A stretch of DNA of 20,154 nucleotides from Candidatus Thorarchaeota archaeon (GCA_038893995.1 JAWAQK010000046.1:1-20154); one strand, 5' to 3'; numbered from the stretch's first letter, positions 9,120-16,394 are shown. Notes: a model not told the origin generated them from the letters alone. Made by a program: numbers and translations.

Positions 9120-9422
9120 CTAGTAGACTTCCCGGGGACTGCGAGTCAGCCGCTCCGGCAGTTGTCCTCCCTCGCCGACCACCTCAAGTTCGTGTCCTCG
9201 GCCGTAACGACCGCCATCCTTGGCAAGAAAACCGGTCTTGGATATACCTTGTGCCTGCCTCTCTGCAGTCCTGCGAGTGATCATACTGACACCATTGGGA
9301 ATCATCATCTTGAGCTTCTTCTGAGTATCGTCTATGATCAGTAGTATCGAGTCGTCAGACGACGATCGAGTAGTCTCCTGAAACTGAGAGTTCTTCTCAT
9401 TGAACTCGAGATAGATTGGCAT
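9120..9422 (-). CDS. Single-domain gelsolin-like protein (Asgard-type putative actin regulator)
   Basis: 100 aa with GGAGGT RBS. DDSILLIIDDTQKKLKMMIPNGVSMITRRTAERQAQGI...LEVVGEGGQLPERL follows the gelsolin-repeat layout: two strands, long helix, strand, E-G-x-x-x-P. The CDS is well supported; the family call is pattern-based. Confidence 0.55.
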   Translation of the reverse strand: MPIYLEFNEKNSQFQETTRSSSDDSILLIIDDTQKKLKMMIPNGVSMITRRTAERQAQGISKTGFLAKDGGRYGRGHELEVVGEGGQLPERLTRSPREVY

Positions 9423-9453
9423 CTCACTTGACCTCCAGTCTGAGTGACTGAGT

Positions 9454-9480
9454 TGTTGAGAGTCAACACGGTATATATGT
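9454..9480 (-). promoter_or_regulatory. TATA box with adjacent inverted-repeat operator upstream of the gelsolin-like gene
   Basis: TATATA at 9472-9477. Perfect inverted repeat TGTTGA-gag-TCAACA at 9454-9468, just downstream in the direction of transcription. Confidence 0.5.
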
Positions 9481-9556
9481 CAATCTCGCCTGACATGCCT
9501 TCGAGGCGAGCTCCTGGTCACAGGGGTCTACTGACTGGCCTCTAGTGATATGAGGC

Positions 9557-11791
9557 TCATCTCCATTCACTGTCACTCTTTGGAAGCGTATCCTTCGGAG
9601 GCTCAGTCTTCTCGTATTCCTTCACCAGCTCGACCACGCCTGGCACCCAGTCGAGTCCGAGTTCACGGATCTTTGCGAGAGTCGGGACACCGTTACGAGT
9701 CCATCCCCTGCGCCTGTAGGTCGCGTCGGTGAGCAGTCTGTATTGTTCCTCCCTGAATGAACGTAGGGCCGCGATCTTGTCACGTGTGCTCATCTTTGAG
9801 CAATCGATCCCACACTTCTCCTTGAGCTGGGCGTCGTACCTCTCTCTCCGACTCTCGTACTCCCACTCCGTCACGGGACCCATGCTACGGTAGGGTGGGT
9901 TTGAGTCGTGGACTCTGAGCCCCTTGCCCTGTCTGATGTTGAACAGACGCTGAAAGTTGTAGACCTTTTCGCTCATCTTGATGAGGTCGTTCCCGGTTAC
10001 TTGCTTTCCTGTCATGGCCGTGTAGAATCTTGCATAGAACTCAACGTGCTTGGGCACCTTGGCTGGTTCCGCGCTCTGCTTGTTATCGGCAGGCACGACG
10101 TCGTTCCATGGGAGCTTGCAGAGACCATTCAGTCCGAACCATGTCCTCCACAGTGGGAAGTAGTACAGGGCCTCAGCCTTCTTCTCGAACGTCGGTAGGT
10201 ACTTGTGCACCATGTCCATGAATATGAGCCAGGCCTCGTCGTGCTGAGGTCCCTTGAGTGTGAGCCCGTATCCCCCCTGCTGGGCCAGGCTCTCCTTGGT
10301 CACGTACTCGCTGTATTCCAGCCCCTTGTGCTCCATCCCGATGTCCTGCATGAATGCCCTATCTACACCGAAGTTCTTGGCAAAGTAGTCCTTCAGATAG
10401 GCAACTCCCTTGCCAAAGTGCTCAGCGCCCCATCCCTTTCCTGAGGCCATCTCGTGGAGAACGGCAAGCACCTCATCTGCAGCTCCCCACTTGAGTCTGT
10501 GACCCCCGGTCGCTCTCTCATCAATCAACCCCTCCTCGTACAACTCCATGACGAAGGCCATCGTGGTCCCAAAGCTTATCGTGTCGATGCCGTAGGTGTC
10601 ACAGTAGTAGTTTATCTCTGCGACGTCATGCGGATCCCACACTGCGATGTTGGAACCACAGCCTGCGATTGTCTCGTACTCCGGGCCGTCAACAACGACC
10701 TGCTGCCCCTTCTTTGGGCCCGTCCGGGGCACAAACCCCTCGATGCAGTGCGAACAGTTTATGGCACAGGGTCTCCAGCAACCGTCCCAGCCCTTGCCTG
10801 TATTCGTGAAGATCTTCTCCCACGTCTCGCCGTAGAGGCTCTTGGCCTGTGGGTCGCTACCTGACCGGAAGTTCCTACATGGCAGCAGATCGAACTCGTC
10901 CATTATGCTGGGAAGGTGACCTGTTCCGATCACCCTCATTCTGTTCTGCTTCGGGTCCAGCTCGAGTATCTCCGACGAGTGCTCACGGCCTACGGCCTTG
11001 ACACCCTCGGGGTCAGCGGGGCCGTTCATCTCGAGAGTGATCTTGTCTCTCTTTGCGACGAGCGCTCTCAGCCTCTTGTCAGCAAAGACCGTGCCAGTGC
11101 CCCCTCTGCCCGCCTGCTTGTAGCGAGGCATGTTACGCCGCATGTCCCACCACGAGAAGTTGAGACATCCCATCCACGCATGTCTTGCCGCGGGCCCAGT
11201 CGCGACTACTGAGATATCGGCCCCTCCCTTCTGGGTATGCCTCTCAGAGAGCACACGCACAAGCTCGTAGGCAGTGTCGGGTAGCCCTGATGCGTCGAGT
11301 ATCTGGATCCTACCCTCATCCCCGTCGATGAACACATAGACATCCCTGTCCGCCTTTCCCTGGATCGCGATGGCGTCGAATCCAGCAAACTTCAGGTTGG
11401 GCCCAAAGTAGCCCCCGACATTGCAGTCGATCGGTATCCCAGTCTGTGGCGAGATTGTCGTCACGATGGACTTACCCGTGCCAGGATACTGAGTGACTCC
11501 ACCCAGGGGGCCTGAGGCTATGCACAGTACGTTCTCTGGGTCAGACCATTTCACGACTCGGTCCGATGGCATGAGTGTCCACATGAGGTAGAGGTCAAAC
11601 CCCTTGCCACCATTGAAAGTATCAATGGCCCTCTGGTCCAGAGGCCTGATCTCTATGGACAGTCTTGTCAGATCAACGTAGAGAACCTGACGCGCGTATC
11701 CGTGCTTCAGCTGGGGAACCTGATAGGCGAGCTCTCTCAGCGACACTGTACTCACTCCCGTTGGCACCTGCTGTTGCTCACCTGCTTCCAA
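9557..11791 (-). CDS. Tungsten-dependent aldehyde:ferredoxin oxidoreductase family protein (AOR/WOR)
   Basis: LYVDLT, PENVLCIASGPL, SPQTG, NLKFAGFDAIAIQGKA, AGRGGTG, CxxPCxxxC Fe-S motif, GPEYET, CDTYGIDTIS and RRGWTRNGVPT...LGL. TTG start. Subfamily and substrate cannot be determined here. Confidence 0.93.
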   Translation of the reverse strand: MEAGEQQQVPTGVSTVSLRELAYQVPQLKHGYARQVLYVDLTRLSIEIRPLDQRAIDTFNGGKGFDLYLMWTLMPSDRVVKWSDPENVLCIASGPLGGVTQYPGTGKSIVTTISPQTGIPIDCNVGGYFGPNLKFAGFDAIAIQGKADRDVYVFIDGDEGRIQILDASGLPDTAYELVRVLSERHTQKGGADISVVATGPAARHAWMGCLNFSWWDMRRNMPRYKQAGRGGTGTVFADKRLRALVAKRDKITLEMNGPADPEGVKAVGREHSSEILELDPKQNRMRVIGTGHLPSIMDEFDLLPCRNFRSGSDPQAKSLYGETWEKIFTNTGKGWDGCWRPCAINCSHCIEGFVPRTGPKKGQQVVVDGPEYETIAGCGSNIAVWDPHDVAEINYYCDTYGIDTISFGTTMAFVMELYEEGLIDERATGGHRLKWGAADEVLAVLHEMASGKGWGAEHFGKGVAYLKDYFAKNFGVDRAFMQDIGMEHKGLEYSEYVTKESLAQQGGYGLTLKGPQHDEAWLIFMDMVHKYLPTFEKKAEALYYFPLWRTWFGLNGLCKLPWNDVVPADNKQSAEPAKVPKHVEFYARFYTAMTGKQVTGNDLIKMSEKVYNFQRLFNIRQGKGLRVHDSNPPYRSMGPVTEWEYESRRERYDAQLKEKCGIDCSKMSTRDKIAALRSFREEQYRLLTDATYRRRGWTRNGVPTLAKIRELGLDWVPGVVELVKEYEKTEPPKDTLPKSDSEWR

Positions 11792-11917
11792 CGTCCTTTT
11801 ATTCCTACTGTATCGGCCCCATGATGCTGCTGCTCTCTATGATGCAACCTCATTGTGACGCCATATGGGCCGGCGAAGACTCTCCTATTGGTCCACAGGG
11901 GCAGCCACTACATCCAA

Positions 11918-11935
11918 AGTACATTAATATTGTAG
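11918..11935. promoter_or_regulatory. AT-rich, possibly bidirectional TATA element between the divergent AOR gene and the V4R-roadblock-GTPase operon
   Basis: ACATTAATATTGT at 11921-11933 in the roughly 200-nt divergent gap. Confidence 0.4.
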
Positions 11936-11996
11936 GCCGTGGTTCTTTCTATTGCCCCGCGCCCCACAGAACTGCCCCCATCATGAGGTGAAACGA

Positions 11997-12644
11997 TTGG
12001 TCAAGACAGTAGAGGCTCCGCCTGAGCTCCATCCTACCATCGAGTCTATAGAAGCCAAGTACGAGGATATCATGAGTAAGGAGCTGAAGTACCTCCCTGA
12101 GAAGAGCAGGATTCAGCTCGTGGGCGAGAACGTGATGTTCATCGGCCTAAAGTCCATCGGAATATCTCTCAAGGACGAGTTGGACAGTGTCCTCGGAGTG
12201 TCCGGCAGAAACATAGTAATATACCGTCTGGGTCAGGCCTTCGGTCGTAGCGAGGCACAGCGTCTACTGCCGATCCTCGGATACACCGACCCTGTACGGA
12301 GGCTGCTGGCAGGACCGATCTGGGCTGCCTACTCCGGTTTCGTGAGGGTACGGCTGTTGCCGGGCTCGAATGTGGCGTCAGACGAGAACTACTTCTTGTT
12401 CTACGAGCATCCGGACAACTTCGAGGCTCAGCTGTGGAAGGCCGCAGGTAGGACTTCCCATGACCCGGTCTGTCATTTCAACGCCGGCTACTCTTCCGGC
12501 TGGTGTTCGGTGGCGACTGGACTTGAGCTGGACGCAGAGGAGGTCATGTGTGAGGCTGCAGGCCACAAGGTATGCCGATTCATAATGTACCCCAGCAGTA
12601 AACGTCTGCTGTATCAGGAGAAACTCGACGAATACAGGAAGTAG
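11997..12644 (+). CDS. Stand-alone XylR_N/V4R ligand-binding domain protein
   Basis: Start reassigned to TTG 11997 (GAGGTGA at 11985-11991; in frame with the tracked 11952 ORF). YRLGQAFGRSEA, AGP, NFEA and PVCHFNAGYSSGWCS...AEEVMCEAAGHKVCRF, with the C/E/C/C zinc site typical of XylR/DmpR/MopR sensor domains. No AAA+ or HTH domain. Confidence 0.9.
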   Translation: MVKTVEAPPELHPTIESIEAKYEDIMSKELKYLPEKSRIQLVGENVMFIGLKSIGISLKDELDSVLGVSGRNIVIYRLGQAFGRSEAQRLLPILGYTDPVRRLLAGPIWAAYSGFVRVRLLPGSNVASDENYFLFYEHPDNFEAQLWKAAGRTSHDPVCHFNAGYSSGWCSVATGLELDAEEVMCEAAGHKVCRFIMYPSSKRLLYQEKLDEYRK

Positions 12645-12656
12645 AGGTGACTGGAG

Positions 12657-13019
12657 ATGAGTGCAAAGATTCAGAAGCTGGAACAGATTCTCAACAACCT
12701 GATTGCAAACAGTGAAGCAGACGGATGCGCCCTCGTCAACGACAAGGGCCAGATCATGGTGGCACAGCTCAGACAGGGCGTGGATCAGAAGGCCATATCT
12801 GCAATGGCCACTGCTCTCATGTCAATCGGCATACGGGTCGGTGAGGCCCTCGAGGCGGGTGCACCGAGGACCATTGTCATCGAGGGGAAGGACAAGACGA
12901 TCATTCTCATGAGCATAGGCACGAATTCGTTGATCGCCACTGCTCCTGCAAATGCTAGGATCGGGCTTGTCGACTTCGAGATGACGAAGGCGGCCCAGGA
13001 GATCACAGGAGTACTGTGA
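12657..13019 (+). CDS. Roadblock/LC7 (MglB-like) protein 1
   Basis: 120 aa. Helix, then CALVNDKGQIM, AISAMATALMSIG, IVIEGKDKTIIL and IGLVDFEM. GAGGTGA RBS at 12644-12650. Confidence 0.92.
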   Translation: MSAKIQKLEQILNNLIANSEADGCALVNDKGQIMVAQLRQGVDQKAISAMATALMSIGIRVGEALEAGAPRTIVIEGKDKTIILMSIGTNSLIATAPANARIGLVDFEMTKAAQEITGVL

Positions 13020-13056
13020 TAGTGCAGAGGCCTGCACCCCGACGAAGGACTCAGAA

Positions 13057-13707
13057 ATGACGACCCCTTATCGCCTGAAGACCTACGACTACAAGGTCTA
13101 CGTCACCGGACCATTTCAGGCCGGAAAGACGACGCTGATCCACACGCTAGATCCTCATGCGATCTCGGTGGAGCGTGACCTCAGGGAAGAGTGGCGTGGC
13201 GAGAAGGCGACCACCACGACTGGGTTCGACCTAGGTCGTGTCGTCTGGGTCAGGAAAGAGCTGGCCCAGGCAGGTCTGATAGTGCCGAAGAAGGAGTACA
13301 GCATGGAGTCGTCAGAGTACAACGGCTGGTTGACGAGGGAGATAGAGCTTCGAGGAGTTCCAGGACAGCTTCACTTCAAGTTTGTCCGAGACACCATGAG
13401 GGCCAACACCGACGGAATACTGTTCATAGTGGACTCATCGGACCCCGGCATGATCGGCGATGCAGTGGCCATCCTTGCTGAAACGAGGGCGGCCCACAGC
13501 GACATACCAATAGAGATCATAGCAAACAAACAGGACCGGCCCGACGCCTCTCCTCCAGAGACCGTAGCACTCTGGCTAGGGGTCGAGCGCGCCACGCCGA
13601 TGTCAGCAAAGGACAGGCAGTCATGCAAGGATGCACTCACGATGCTGCTCAAGAAGATAGAGGCTGCAGCGGGCAGTTCAGCTTCCCAGATGGGAGAGGG
13701 CAACTGA
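13057..13707 (+). CDS. Small GTPase, MglA/CvnD-like
   Basis: G1 GPFQAGKTT, G2 TTTGFD, G3 GVPGQ (the non-DxxG form typical of MglA/CvnD), G4 NKQD and G5 SAK. Confidence 0.92.
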   Translation: MTTPYRLKTYDYKVYVTGPFQAGKTTLIHTLDPHAISVERDLREEWRGEKATTTTGFDLGRVVWVRKELAQAGLIVPKKEYSMESSEYNGWLTREIELRGVPGQLHFKFVRDTMRANTDGILFIVDSSDPGMIGDAVAILAETRAAHSDIPIEIIANKQDRPDASPPETVALWLGVERATPMSAKDRQSCKDALTMLLKKIEAAAGSSASQMGEGN

Positions 13708-13722
13708 GAGAGGAATGAATGA

Positions 13723-14181
13723 ATGATGAACGACACGGGAGAGATCGTAGGCCCCGGTGCAATAGTCACAAGGCTCCTCGGCGAGTTTGCGGCCCGAGTC
13801 CCTGTCTGGTCCGTCACCGCGTTTACGGTGGACGGGTATGTTGTGGGAAACAAACTATCAGAGGACCGTATTCCCGAGACAGTGGCACCAGTGATAAGCT
13901 CGATGTCTGCCGGGCTAATAACGATAGCAGAGGACTTCATACGTCTTGTCGATGGCGCCAAGGTCTTCGGGCAGATTCTGGTTGATTCGAGGGATGCACA
14001 GGGTGGCCTCGCGTTCTCTATAATACTCAGACACGTGGCACAGAACCTTCTGCTGAGCTGCATATTCCCACACTCGACCCCACTGGGGCTGGTCACATTC
14101 GAGATCGAGACCTTGTGTCAAGAGCTGTCAGAGGCAGTAAGAGGCTGGGACACAAAACTACACGAACAGAGCTTGACGTGA
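13723..14181 (+). CDS. Roadblock/LC7-like protein 2 (divergent)
   Basis: VTAFTVDGYVV, VISSMSAGLITIAE, QILVD and PLGLVTFEIETL match the roadblock pattern. Lies within the operon. Confidence 0.8.
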   Translation: MMNDTGEIVGPGAIVTRLLGEFAARVPVWSVTAFTVDGYVVGNKLSEDRIPETVAPVISSMSAGLITIAEDFIRLVDGAKVFGQILVDSRDAQGGLAFSIILRHVAQNLLLSCIFPHSTPLGLVTFEIETLCQELSEAVRGWDTKLHEQSLT

Positions 14182-14194
14182 GGAGGCGGGCCAC

Positions 14195-14617
14195 ATGAGT
14201 GTCGGTCGTGGACAGAGACTCAATGATACGCTGAGAGATGTGTTTAGAGGGACCTCTGAGACAGTCCGTTGGTGTATCGTGACCAACGAGAGAGGCCTGA
14301 TAGTCGCGTCGATCACCGATATCGGACCTCAAGAGGAAAAACTTGCAGCAATGGCCTCTCTTCTCTCGGAGACCTCCAAGAGAATCTCGACCAATATTGA
14401 GGGTGGTAAGTTTGACACCGCCAACATCGAGTTCTCGGGCCACCGGATGTCGATGGCCGAGTTTCCAGTGCGGGGTCGACCGTTTCGTATTGCAGTAGTT
14501 ACCTCGCAGGCAAGACCCGCCGGACTCATGAATAGGCTTAGGAGACTCAGGCACCCGGGTGTCACGAAGCTGCTGAGTACAGCGGCGGTCCGAATTGCAC
14601 AGATACTTGAGGAATGA
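14195..14617 (+). CDS. Roadblock/LC7 protein 3 with polybasic insertion
   Basis: CIVTNERGLIVAS, KLAAMASLLSETSKRI and ANIEF. GAGGAGG RBS at 14180-14186. Confidence 0.85.
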   Translation: MSVGRGQRLNDTLRDVFRGTSETVRWCIVTNERGLIVASITDIGPQEEKLAAMASLLSETSKRISTNIEGGKFDTANIEFSGHRMSMAEFPVRGRPFRIAVVTSQARPAGLMNRLRRLRHPGVTKLLSTAAVRIAQILEE

Positions 14618-14637
14618 GTGGAGGGTCACACTGAATC

Positions 14638-15006
14638 ATGAGCAGTCGGATAGTTGAACTGTCAATGGTCCTGAGGGAGTTGGACCAACGATGCGGTCTA
14701 TTTGGTTCAGCGCTCGTGAATGAGAAGGGTCAGCTGATGTCATCGTCTCTACCGCAGGGTGTAGACGAGAGGGCCATCTCTGCGATGGCTGCTTCTATGC
14801 TCTCGATCTCCAGGAGAGTGTCGGAGGAACTGGGGTGCGGAGAGCCACAGTCAATAGTCCTTGAGGGCCAACGGAAGCTGATCGTGATGACCCTCGTGAG
14901 CAACCTAGTTCTTGTTGGCATGGCGAGGGTCGATGCAGAGGTGTCCCTGATCGGTTTCGAGATGGACGAAGCGGCCGCTCGAGTAAGACTCGTTCTGGGT
15001 GCATGA
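14638..15006 (+). CDS. Roadblock/LC7 (MglB-like) protein 4, close paralogue of protein 1
   Basis: SALVNEKGQLM, QGVDERAISAMAASMLSIS, IVLEG and LIGFEM. GGAGG RBS at 14619-14623. Confidence 0.92.
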   Translation: MSSRIVELSMVLRELDQRCGLFGSALVNEKGQLMSSSLPQGVDERAISAMAASMLSISRRVSEELGCGEPQSIVLEGQRKLIVMTLVSNLVLVGMARVDAEVSLIGFEMDEAAARVRLVLGA

Positions 15007-15128
15007 GCTCGATCAGGTTCACAGTATGTCTTGGTTCGTAGACCGGTCCTGCAGGCCGATCTAGTGTGTTGTGGTCCGAGTGTGCTCGGGACCTCGCCGT
15101 TCTCACCCTGGTCGTCAACTGTCTCCAA

Positions 15129-15173
15129 TCAGCTGAACATGTTCAAGACAGTGTCAGCTGGACATGCTTAAAT
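15129..15173 (+). promoter_or_regulatory. Operator-like repeats and TATA-like box
   Basis: Direct repeat TCAGCTG(A/G)ACATG at 15129-15141 and 15154-15166. Perfect palindrome TGAACATGTTCA at 15134-15145. TTAAAT at 15168-15173. Confidence 0.5.
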
Positions 15174-15491
15174 CAAGATCATGCATAGGGAGAATCACAG
15201 CCGCACCGCAGTGATGAGAGTGTTGTCTCCTCGGCCCCCAGGCTCCAGATCTAGACGTCCGGTGTGTGAGGGCTCTCTCCTTGAATGCTCAAATGATCCC
15301 GTGGAATGGCATCTGCATCCTCACTACTTGTATTGTCAGAGGAGTCGTATCTCGCGGGCCTATAGCGACTATCGTTCCTCCCCTACTTCGCGGGCCAGAT
15401 GCTGTGGATGCAGAATGAGAGCCTCTAGAATGATACAGTCCTGGCATGAATTGGTGCCAAACATGCAGCACAGTCATGGAGGTGGACGGGA

Positions 15492-16319
15492 ATGAGCGAT
15501 CTGACAGTGTTGAAGATTGGGGGATCGCTCCTCACTGACAAGACGCGTGATGAAGGTCTGAGGCCACACATACTGGATTCGTTGGCCGAGGAGCTGAGAC
15601 AGTGTCTTGACGATGGGCTACTCGAGTCGATCGTGATCGTACACGGCGTCGGATCCTTTGGGCACCCTCTTGTCATGCGACACGGACTCCACAGGGGTCT
15701 CGTAGGACATCACCAGCTACTGCCCATGTCCATAGTCCAGTCCAGGGTCAACGAACTCAGAGCTGCGTTGGTCAGAAGCCTTCAGGACCACGGGATTCCT
15801 GCATGCCTCCTGCATCCATCGTCCATGGCAGTCTCAGACGGTGGGGCCATCAGCCGATTCTTCGTAGAACCGTTGCAGGGCTTTCTCGGTATGGGTATGG
15901 TACCAGTACTGGGTGGCGACATGTTGGTGGACACGAAGACTGGCATCTCAGTATGTAGTGGCGATCAGCTCGCCGTACTCATCGCGAGGTGGATGCACGC
16001 GGGGCGTCTCATATTTGCATGCGACGTCAGTGGGGTCTATACGGCAGACCCAAAGCTAGATTCTCAGGCCCGGCTGCTACCGGAGATAGACCTGAGCCAG
16101 CTGGACCGGTTGCCTGCCCCAGATGAGTCATCTGATGCCAGTGGTCGAATGTGCGGCAAGCTGAGGTCGATCTCTACTGTGGCGGACCTCATCCGAGAGG
16201 GTCTCGAGGTCTGCCTGCTGAGCATGTTGCAGCGCGGCAATCTGAGGGCGCTATTGTCGGGAGCGCAGGTCGAATGCACAAGAATAGTGTCACATCCGGC
16301 TCAGCTCTTGTCGACCTGA
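15492..16319 (+). CDS. ipk: Isopentenyl phosphate kinase (amino-acid kinase family)
   Basis: LKIGGSLLTDK, VHGVGSFGHP with the IPK-signature His, VPVLGGD, CSGDQL, DVSGVY and DASGRMCGK. GGAGGTG RBS at 15478-15484. Confidence 0.85.
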   Translation: MSDLTVLKIGGSLLTDKTRDEGLRPHILDSLAEELRQCLDDGLLESIVIVHGVGSFGHPLVMRHGLHRGLVGHHQLLPMSIVQSRVNELRAALVRSLQDHGIPACLLHPSSMAVSDGGAISRFFVEPLQGFLGMGMVPVLGGDMLVDTKTGISVCSGDQLAVLIARWMHAGRLIFACDVSGVYTADPKLDSQARLLPEIDLSQLDRLPAPDESSDASGRMCGKLRSISTVADLIREGLEVCLLSMLQRGNLRALLSGAQVECTRIVSHPAQLLST

Positions 16320-16394
16320 ACCAACGATCTCCCGGAACTGTACAATATCCATATCCCTATCTGGAGTTCGGTCCAATTGAAACGTGAGAATGAC

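Noticed and set aside
11952-11996. N-terminal extension of the V4R ORF from TTG 11952
   Set aside because: A perfect GAGGTGA lies inside this stretch, 5 nt before the in-frame TTG 11997, which is the more plausible start.
13057-13707. Calling the GTPase a true Rag or Arf orthologue
   Set aside because: It lacks the DxxG G3 motif, the C-terminal roadblock domain of Rags and the N-terminal amphipathic helix of Arfs. The motifs fit MglA/CvnD-like proteins, so the Ragulator comparison is an analogy only.
13371-14629. Long minus-strand ORFs (241 aa and 178 aa)
   Set aside because: Antisense to well-supported GTPase and roadblock genes.
15352-15396. TCGCGGGCC repeat at 36-nt spacing as a mini-CRISPR
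   Set aside because: Only two 9-nt copies, far shorter than CRISPR repeats, and no cas genes are present.
15181-15495. 104-aa ORF overlapping the ipk start (ATGA)
   Set aside because: Arg/Ser/Pro-rich with no recognisable motif or RBS, and its start is too close to the TATA-like box. The region is better explained as a non-coding leader, although coding is not strictly excluded.
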